20,000 nucleotides of DNA, from the IMG/VR virus record IMGVR_UViG_3300018048_001965, one strand, 5' to 3'. Source of the stretch: an uncultured virus (IMG/VR IMGVR_UViG_3300018048_001965). Lineage: Duplodnaviria > Heunggongvirae > Uroviricota > Caudoviricetes. The translations under genes were made by a program, and so were the position numbers. Positions 8,991 to 16,051 of the stretch are shown piece by piece (the stretch's first letter is position 1; each line of letters begins with the position of its first letter). The notes under the pieces were generated by a model. The model made no database searches. It was not told the DNA's origin and worked only from the letters and a program-made list of their open reading frames with translations.

Positions 8991-10568
8991 TACTAATTTT
9001 TTGTGCAAGAATTTAATTAGCGGCTTGAAATATTTTTCTTCAATCTGTTCCTTCATAAGTTGTTGTTCGTCTACACCAGACATGTATTCGTAATATTCGC
9101 GTCCAGTTTTAAAACTCATTAGTTTATTAAAATCAAAATGATCATTGTCTATACAACTTATATAAAAGAAATTTCGTTTAAAATCTATATGAGAGTCTAA
9201 TCGCTTTTGCCACTTAACTGCAAGGTCAGTTGCCTTCTCAAATGTATCAATATCAGTTCCGTCATTTTTAATCCAGCGCCACGGTACATCTTCGTATGGA
9301 AACTCATAGCCGTATTTTTCTGCTTCTAGTTCAAATGCAGCGTTAAATCTATGTTTTGTAAACTCGGTATGTTTTATTATACGTAGGGGTGTTGTGTTAA
9401 TGTGTCCTACCGGTCTATCAGGTCTATCAAAATACTTACAACTATTCTCAAATGCTTCTACAGTATCTTTTGGCAACCCGCAGATCATCCCAGTCATTAT
9501 CCAAGTATCATGACCCCATACCCTAGCACACTCTTCTAACGTATCAGTAATGCGTTTGGGATCCATCCCCTTACCAATAACTTTACCTGCTTCTCTATTA
9601 AGTGTTTCTATGCCAAAATAGACTTCTCTTATGCCTATATCTTTTGCAAGTTGAATATGATCTCTATTATTAACTATAATGTCTAATCTCATGTAGCACC
9701 AGAATGCAGGCTTAAACGGTAAACGATCAACAACACGCTTCACCATTTGTAATTTTTCAGTACTATCATTAAACGTGTCATCTACTATTGTGTACTTCCA
9801 AGTACCAAAGCGTTTCCAATTATCCATTAGTTCATTGTATAAACATTCTTCAAATTTTAAATAATCACTTACACGTTTTTGTCCTATTAGCGGAAAACTG
9901 CAAAATTTACAATTAAATCTGCAACCTCGTCCTACTTCTAAAAGCAATGTTTCACTTGGAAGTATAAATGCTTCTGGTTCGTAATCTATCCTGCTACTCC
10001 TAAAATCCCAACTAGGCGATTGTCCTTTCTTGTCATAGTCAATAATTTTAGGATATGAACCAACATTGCCTTTTTTAAGATCTTTCATATAATCAACTAT
10101 CATCGTTTCGGCATGTCCGATAAAAACATTATCTATACCAGGAATGTTAATATACATAAACGCCTTAGCTCCGCCTAATATAATTTTACACTTAGGAGAT
10201 AAACTTTTTATCTTATTAAAGTATAAGTCGACGTTTGGTCCTGCAAACTCCATACTTAAACTGTCTAATTCATTTTCACTATTTGGATTAAATCGCATAG
10301 ATGGCTTACTTGGTTCTCGATGGCTTGATGATCCGTCTGGTAATATAAACGGAAACCATGTACTACTAAATCCTACAGCTAATGTATCTTCATTCATTGC
10401 AAGATCGAGTATTTCACAAAACCTGTCGTAATTTATATAATTTGAAAAGTCGATTACTAGAACAGAATAACCATGCTCACGTAATTCTGTAGCAATTCTA
10501 TGCGAACCACTAGCCCTAGAATAAGTTTCTAGGTCAGGCATATCTCCAAATAATATTATATCATACAT
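8949..10568 (-). CDS. Cobalamin-binding (class B) radical SAM protein, putative methyltransferase
   Basis: N-terminal B12-binding-like region (GSHRIATELREHGYSV, VGFSST, IILGG, GHAE); LEVGRGCRFNCKFC, DDTFN, FGIETLN...GKG, ICGLPKDT. Confidence 0.88.
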   Translation of the reverse strand: MYDIILFGDMPDLETYSRASGSHRIATELREHGYSVLVIDFSNYINYDRFCEILDLAMNEDTLAVGFSSTWFPFILPDGSSSHREPSKPSMRFNPNSENELDSLSMEFAGPNVDLYFNKIKSLSPKCKIILGGAKAFMYINIPGIDNVFIGHAETMIVDYMKDLKKGNVGSYPKIIDYDKKGQSPSWDFRSSRIDYEPEAFILPSETLLLEVGRGCRFNCKFCSFPLIGQKRVSDYLKFEECLYNELMDNWKRFGTWKYTIVDDTFNDSTEKLQMVKRVVDRLPFKPAFWCYMRLDIIVNNRDHIQLAKDIGIREVYFGIETLNREAGKVIGKGMDPKRITDTLEECARVWGHDTWIMTGMICGLPKDTVEAFENSCKYFDRPDRPVGHINTTPLRIIKHTEFTKHRFNAAFELEAEKYGYEFPYEDVPWRWIKNDGTDIDTFEKATDLAVKWQKRLDSHIDFKRNFFYISCIDNDHFDFNKLMSFKTGREYYEYMSGVDEQQLMKEQIEEKYFKPLIKFLHKKLVSLPTSKREDKFCF

Positions 10569-10569
10569 A

Positions 10570-11385
10570 CTAGTAATTATCTAAATGATCTATACCTAAT
10601 TGTTTTCTAAATGATTCTGTAAACTTACCGTCTATGCGCAACCCATAAGTTGGCGACATCACTCTGTTACCACCGTGCCAGTCTTGATCATTCCAGAATG
10701 CAGCGCGAGTGTTTATACCGTGTTTCATCTTTTTATCAGGATCCCATATATAAAACTGATTCCTTGTATCTGGACGTATATGTATAAATTCGTTATTGTG
10801 TGGCTCGTACCTATCTTTAGGCCATATACCATTATGGGCGCCTAAATCTCTATGTTCAAACGGCAATCCATCTGCTTCGCAATGAAAGAACATAACACGA
10901 CCAAATGATTCAAATATCTCATTAGTTTTAAAGTCTTCTAGCCATTTCATTACATTAGGAAAGTATTCAGACTCTTCTGTTTGCTTTTTTTCACCTGGTC
11001 TGTCATCCCAGTCGCCTTCTTCATATAGAAAATAATATATGTAAGGGTCGTATGCTTCCATTGCCATTTTCAAATAACGAGTTATTAGATTACGTTGTTT
11101 ATAATCCTTAAAGTCAGTAGGCCATATTTTCATACCTTCTATTTTTATAGGATCATCATCTGGTAGTGCTTGAAATTCTTCCATTGCAGCATATATAGGT
11201 TTCCAATTGAGAATATAACTCATATCTTTAAATTCAAAACCAGGCTTCATCCAAGTGCCTTCTTTTGCAAACCATCTTGCTTCAGCAAATCCTCGAATTA
11301 TTTCAGGTTGTAATTTTTCAAATGTCGACATATCTATATATGGTTCTACATCAATATATGTATTACTGTTGATTCCTTTAATCAC
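10570..11385 (-). CDS. Hypothetical protein with C-terminal HxD...H oxygenase-like domain
   Basis: GRVMFF...FEHRD...EFIHI...FWNDQDWHGG...YGLRIDG. GTG start overlaps the upstream gene. Confidence 0.6.
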   Translation of the reverse strand: MIKGINSNTYIDVEPYIDMSTFEKLQPEIIRGFAEARWFAKEGTWMKPGFEFKDMSYILNWKPIYAAMEEFQALPDDDPIKIEGMKIWPTDFKDYKQRNLITRYLKMAMEAYDPYIYYFLYEEGDWDDRPGEKKQTEESEYFPNVMKWLEDFKTNEIFESFGRVMFFHCEADGLPFEHRDLGAHNGIWPKDRYEPHNNEFIHIRPDTRNQFYIWDPDKKMKHGINTRAAFWNDQDWHGGNRVMSPTYGLRIDGKFTESFRKQLGIDHLDNY

Positions 11386-12064
11386 TATAAATTTCCTTTG
11401 CTTGATTTATAAAACTATCTGTATAATTTGTTCTAAAACTCTCAAAACATAAATGTTGTAGAACAACTAGTGGTTCAGGATCGTTCCAACTTATACCCAT
11501 TGCTTCGACTTGTTCTTTCATTATACTTTGACGTGTACTATATATATGACTTGCATGATTTGCAATGCTAACTGGTCCTTCTGTATTCAGATAATGAAAG
11601 AAGTAATTAAAACTTTTTAATTTACCATCTATAATAAAATAACTAGACGGATGTAAACTATACTTGTACATTCCAATACTTTTATGCGCCTGTAAGATAT
11701 CTAACATTTGTTGTTCCCAGTTAGGTATAACTTTGCTATAGTTCTCTACATTACATTTTGCTTTATTCCAAAAATCAATACCGTCAATATCAAAATATAT
11801 TTTCTTTTCTTTGGTACTTATGGTAAACTCTGGAATTAAATGTTGATAACCTTTTAGTTTCATAAATCTTAAACCAAATGATTCTCTATTCATCTTTTCT
11901 TGCATAAGATTAGGATTAACTACTTCGTTTTGTCCTCCGTGATATCCTTCGTCATTATAATACCATTGACAAAATGTTTTTTTATCGTTTGATATAAGGC
12001 TTGTGTAAATTAAATTGTTTCTACATTTACCTTCACCAGGAATGTCATTCCAATAATAATCCAT
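11378..12064 (-). CDS. Hypothetical protein, possible protein-kinase-like fold with degenerate catalytic residues
   Basis: ORF is solid. HKSIGMYKYSLHPSSYFIIDGKLKSFNYF has the spacing of the kinase H...HxDLHPxN...KxxDF segment; also RE..L...IP...IYF upstream. Confidence 0.5.
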   Translation of the reverse strand: MDYYWNDIPGEGKCRNNLIYTSLISNDKKTFCQWYYNDEGYHGGQNEVVNPNLMQEKMNRESFGLRFMKLKGYQHLIPEFTISTKEKKIYFDIDGIDFWNKAKCNVENYSKVIPNWEQQMLDILQAHKSIGMYKYSLHPSSYFIIDGKLKSFNYFFHYLNTEGPVSIANHASHIYSTRQSIMKEQVEAMGISWNDPEPLVVLQHLCFESFRTNYTDSFINQAKEIYSD

Positions 12065-12705
12065 TATGCTCTTATTACTTTATTGTGAAACTTTGCCACA
12101 CTCCGTGCAATTAGTTCATTGTGCTTTTGATTATTAATTACACCAACAGTGCTTAATAATATCTTAGTTCTATCAGTAGGATCAGCACCGTGTTGAATGT
12201 CGTTATTGTTAAAAGCAAAACACCTATATTTTTCATCTATGTCTGGATATATTTTAACACCATTATGTTCTAAGTAAAACGTATTATGTTTAGGATCAGT
12301 TACATATATGATATATCTTCTTGGTTCACTTGCATCGTGGTCTGTTTTTGCATCTTGGTGTGCTGGTATTTCGCCCATTTGCATAATAAATCCACTAGTA
12401 CCTATCTGATCAAACGGTAATTCTCTTACACATTTAGCAAGTCCTGGAAACGTATCTTCAAATCCAGGATGAAACACTAAAGATGTGTTGTCTATTGCTT
12501 TACGTTCCTTACTCCAGTCTAACCAAGCATCGTATGTATACCAGCTTTTTGGCTCTTGGCGCAGTGCTACGTAACACCAAGTATAACGATTCTCAGAAAA
12601 CTCCCAATAGTCTGTGTCTTTAATTTTATGTTCATGAAACCAGTCTATTATATCCTGTTCAGGAGGCATATCGAATTCAATATCAATTGGAGTATATAAT
12701 ATCAA
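12064..12705 (-). CDS. Fe(II)/2OG oxygenase-like protein; paralog of 13336-14019
   Basis: IPAHQD...EPRRY...CFAFNN...HGAD...KILL. TTG start with AGGAG SD, overlapping the upstream stop. Confidence 0.7.
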   Translation of the reverse strand: MILYTPIDIEFDMPPEQDIIDWFHEHKIKDTDYWEFSENRYTWCYVALRQEPKSWYTYDAWLDWSKERKAIDNTSLVFHPGFEDTFPGLAKCVRELPFDQIGTSGFIMQMGEIPAHQDAKTDHDASEPRRYIIYVTDPKHNTFYLEHNGVKIYPDIDEKYRCFAFNNNDIQHGADPTDRTKILLSTVGVINNQKHNELIARSVAKFHNKVIRA

Positions 12706-13334
12706 CTTATTTCTCCTACAATTTTCTGCAATTTTGGTAAATCTTTTCTAAAAAATCTAAAAACTAAACCTACTCTGTCAGTATCACTATAATTCTCTGT
12801 TTCGTGTGATATAATAGTATCAACTAAGTACACACTACCGTCAGCATTAAACGTAAAATCTTTGCGTGTTTCGTTTTCATCCCAAAATTTGAATACTGCT
12901 TTTGGTGCTTCGTATATAGGTATGTGTGCTGTGTATTGATCCCCTGCATCTACGTGTCTAGATACCTTTCCTTCAGGCGGCTGAACTACCATACTCCATC
13001 TAAATGTATAAGGCATCATATCTTTTAATTTTTTGACTAGGCCAAACATTAATTCGGTATCTTCATATAGTCCTCTAGGATGAATACTTATATTATAAGG
13101 AGGACACGGTATTGACTTATCTATAAGATTACTCTGTATTGCCCATCCATATGGATATGTACATCCAATACCGTTACTTATTATTCTGTCATACCACTCT
13201 TCGGTAATTTCGTTACCGTTTTTATCCCACGCCCATCTAAGATGCTCGTAGTCATTAACTAATGTATCGTAGTATTCACGTAATGAATCTAGATTTACAG
13301 TAAAATTTAATTTTGTTATTGCATTATCTAACAT
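12702..13334 (-). CDS. Fe(II)/2OG oxygenase, Asp/Asn beta-hydroxylase-like
   Basis: QPPEGKVSRHVD...AHIPI...ADGSVYLVDT...HETENYSDTDRVGLVF. Confidence 0.75.
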   Translation of the reverse strand: MLDNAITKLNFTVNLDSLREYYDTLVNDYEHLRWAWDKNGNEITEEWYDRIISNGIGCTYPYGWAIQSNLIDKSIPCPPYNISIHPRGLYEDTELMFGLVKKLKDMMPYTFRWSMVVQPPEGKVSRHVDAGDQYTAHIPIYEAPKAVFKFWDENETRKDFTFNADGSVYLVDTIISHETENYSDTDRVGLVFRFFRKDLPKLQKIVGEIS

Positions 13335-13335
13335 A

Positions 13336-14019
13336 TTAAAACACGATCATTTTATCTTTGTTTACTTCTGTACTTCTTTTAATAATTTCTTTATGTCTTT
13401 CTTCATCTAAAGAACCAGAAACAAATGCCATTATTTTATCTGGTCCAGCATAAGTTGCACCATGTGCATGTTCGTCTAAGGAAAAAGCAAAACATGGCTT
13501 TTCTTTTGTTATATTAGGGTATATAGGTGTGTCTTTTTCGTCCTTACATACATAAAAACTTTTATAATCAAATTTTGTCATTAATACATTATAGCGTTTG
13601 GGTTCTAGATGCAATCTTCTAGGATCATTGTTTTGTATGCTCAGAGTATCGTCTAATGTTTCACCTTCTATACGATCAGTATGAGCACCGACTTCTTGTC
13701 TTTGCCTAAACAGCACAATATATGAGATATCTTTAAATGGTAATTGCATAAGTTGTTTAGAAAATACAGGAAATGTAGTGTCAAATCCGTTGTAGAATTT
13801 ACCTTTTTTCCCAGTATAGACTGTTTTATTTTTTATTTCGTGCCAACACACGTTAATGTCTTTCCACGAGTCTTGTTCTAATCTACTGTAGATTATATAT
13901 GTATGCCATTGAGTACCTAATTCTTCGCTTAACGGTTCGATGCTATCACAGAAATTAATTATATCTTGCTCGTCTGGTAAAGTGAAGTCTAAATCTATAG
14001 GTAAAAATGCTGTACTCAT
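13336..14019 (-). CDS. Fe(II)/2OG oxygenase-like protein; paralog of 12064-12705
   Basis: VGAHTD...EPKRY...CFAFS...HGA...KIM. Strong SD AGGAGGT at 14027-14033. Confidence 0.7.
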   Translation of the reverse strand: MSTAFLPIDLDFTLPDEQDIINFCDSIEPLSEELGTQWHTYIIYSRLEQDSWKDINVCWHEIKNKTVYTGKKGKFYNGFDTTFPVFSKQLMQLPFKDISYIVLFRQRQEVGAHTDRIEGETLDDTLSIQNNDPRRLHLEPKRYNVLMTKFDYKSFYVCKDEKDTPIYPNITKEKPCFAFSLDEHAHGATYAGPDKIMAFVSGSLDEERHKEIIKRSTEVNKDKMIVF

Positions 14020-14039
14020 TATTTGTACCTCCTATTGAA

Positions 14040-14053
14040 TATTTATTTAAATA
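14040..14053. promoter_or_regulatory. Overlapping divergent TAAATA boxes (putative late-type promoters)
   Basis: TAAATA on - at 14040-14045 and 14044-14049; TAAATA on + at 14048-14053, 4 and 7 nt before ATGs at 14058 and 14061. Confidence 0.6.
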
Positions 14054-14057
14054 TAAT

Positions 14058-14678
14058 ATGATGGGATACCGATACGACTTATCAGACACACACTGTAAAA
14101 TTTATTATGAAAGCACTCCTGAATTTGAAGAAGTGCGCGATCTCTGCCTTCAAGAAGACAACTGGCTTAGAAATAATTATATAAAAGAAAATTTAAAATT
14201 AGAAGAACACACAGGTTACGGTGTACTATATCAGACTAGCACCGGTAAACCTATGGTAATGGGCGGAGTTTTTAACGACGGTAGATATCCTAGTAATGTA
14301 GCTAAACAAATAAATAGACTTTATACATTCCCTGACTTTAGGATGACAGCAACAGATATGACTGATGGGTTTAGATGTACTTGTAAACTTATTAACGAGC
14401 TTGAAGCGGTAAATAATTACGAAGTATATTTAATAACTATGCAAAATAGAAAGGCTCGTCCGAATAAAGGATATTGGAAGGTTTGGCGCAAGCATATGGA
14501 TATAGCAAGTAATGGTGCATGGAATGAGGGTGCAGGATATATACAAACTTGTCCATATCCAGTACAAAAATGTTGGCAAAATTTTGTGTGGCAAGAAAAA
14601 GTAAACGGTGCTATGCTAGAATGGTCACCGAATATAATAGATGATACAGTTTGGTTAGGATTAGAAGAAGGTAAATGA
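14058..14678 (+). CDS. Hypothetical protein, possible GNAT-like acyltransferase fold
   Basis: GKPMVMGGV...INRLYTFPDFR resembles GNAT beta3-beta4/motif A, but the canonical RxxGxG loop is absent. Start moved to 14058/14061 because 14007 overlaps the divergent gene. Confidence 0.5.
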   Translation: MMGYRYDLSDTHCKIYYESTPEFEEVRDLCLQEDNWLRNNYIKENLKLEEHTGYGVLYQTSTGKPMVMGGVFNDGRYPSNVAKQINRLYTFPDFRMTATDMTDGFRCTCKLINELEAVNNYEVYLITMQNRKARPNKGYWKVWRKHMDIASNGAWNEGAGYIQTCPYPVQKCWQNFVWQEKVNGAMLEWSPNIIDDTVWLGLEEGK

Positions 14679-15445
14679 ATTTAAATACTAAAATACGATT
14701 ATTACAAGCATTCAATCATATTGCAACAGTGCCTGCTGTAGCGTATGCAATATACACACAGCAATATAATTTGTTCTGGGTTGCATTATCTGTATGGTTT
14801 ATTATAGGACCCGTAAGCAGCGTTATAACGCTTCATAGACTGCTTACACATAGAAGTTTTGAAACATATGCATGGCTTGAAAAAATTCTTACATATATTA
14901 GTGTAATTAGTACAGTAGGTCCTACTATAAGTTGGGTTGCATTGCATCGTCAACACCATTCTAAATCAGATAGAGAAGGTGATCCACATTCGCCGTACGT
15001 TGACGGTAAGTTTAGTATAATAGAATCTATTAAAGTATGGCTAGGTTATGACTGGAAGGTTCCAAACATACCTGTGCGTTATGTTAAGGATTTATTTCGT
15101 AGTAAAACGCATAAATTTATTTTTAATAATTATTTTAAAATAATATTTGCTTATTGTGCAATATTATTAGCAGTTGATCCTATGCTATTTTTGTTTGCAT
15201 ATGTAGTACCTGCTAGTATGACAGTACACCTAATTGGATTTGTCAATGTGCTAGGGCATAAACATGGATATAGGAATTATGAAACAAAAGACGGTAGCAC
15301 AAATAGTTGGATTGCTAATATTATAAGTTTAGGAGAAGGATGGCATAATAATCATCATGCAAAGCCTAACAAATACTATACCGGTGAACGTTGGTATGAA
15401 TGGGATCTAATGGGATTGTTAATTAAAGTCATAAAAACAAACTAA
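14675..15445 (+). CDS. Membrane fatty acid desaturase (delta-9 / DesC-OLE1-like)
   Basis: Three His boxes HRLLTH, HRQHH and GEGWHNNHH; SDREGDPHSP; GYRNYET; hydrophobic transmembrane segments. Confidence 0.92.
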   Translation: MNLNTKIRLLQAFNHIATVPAVAYAIYTQQYNLFWVALSVWFIIGPVSSVITLHRLLTHRSFETYAWLEKILTYISVISTVGPTISWVALHRQHHSKSDREGDPHSPYVDGKFSIIESIKVWLGYDWKVPNIPVRYVKDLFRSKTHKFIFNNYFKIIFAYCAILLAVDPMLFLFAYVVPASMTVHLIGFVNVLGHKHGYRNYETKDGSTNSWIANIISLGEGWHNNHHAKPNKYYTGERWYEWDLMGLLIKVIKTN

Positions 15446-16050
15446 TGGGAACATTTTATATAGACACACCAGAACTTGCGTATGTACATGTACCAAGAAC
15501 AGGAATGGCTATGAAAAAAGTGATTGCTGAATGGTTGCGTCCTAATTTTAATGTGCTTAGTCACGTAGATTGGATGGTAGATCATCCTCACTTAGGTACT
15601 GTGAAAGAATATTATCCTATAGCAAAGACAATTAGTGTAGTACGAAACCCTTGGCAACGAGTTTTTAGTTTATACCGTAAAGTAAGAGACGAAGGTTACT
15701 GGTTAGATTGGAACGGACAAACTGTTCTCGAACTAAAACCTATTAATGAATGGGTTGCTGACTATTGCAATCCTAATGTGCCTTTTGAATTTCCACGTTG
15801 GTTTAATCGCTTTACTAATCAAATAGACTTTATAAATGTAAATGGCGAATGGGTTGATTACATATGTAAAGCAGAAAACTTAGAACAAGATCTAAAACCT
15901 GTGCAAGAATATCTAGGCTGTGATCTACCATTGCCTAATATTTCAGGATATGATCATTGGGAATTTAAAGATTATTTTAATAGTAATAGTATAGCAGCCA
16001 TAAAAAAAGTCCACGAACGAGATGTGGACTTTTTTAAATATGTTATCTAA
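15445..16050 (+). CDS. Sulfotransferase family 2-like protein
   Basis: YVHVPRTG (5'-PSB-like), SVVRNPWQRVFSLY (3'-PB-like), DYICKAENLEQDL, RDVDFFKY. Confidence 0.82.
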   Translation: MGTFYIDTPELAYVHVPRTGMAMKKVIAEWLRPNFNVLSHVDWMVDHPHLGTVKEYYPIAKTISVVRNPWQRVFSLYRKVRDEGYWLDWNGQTVLELKPINEWVADYCNPNVPFEFPRWFNRFTNQIDFINVNGEWVDYICKAENLEQDLKPVQEYLGCDLPLPNISGYDHWEFKDYFNSNSIAAIKKVHERDVDFFKYVI

Positions 16051-16051
16051 C

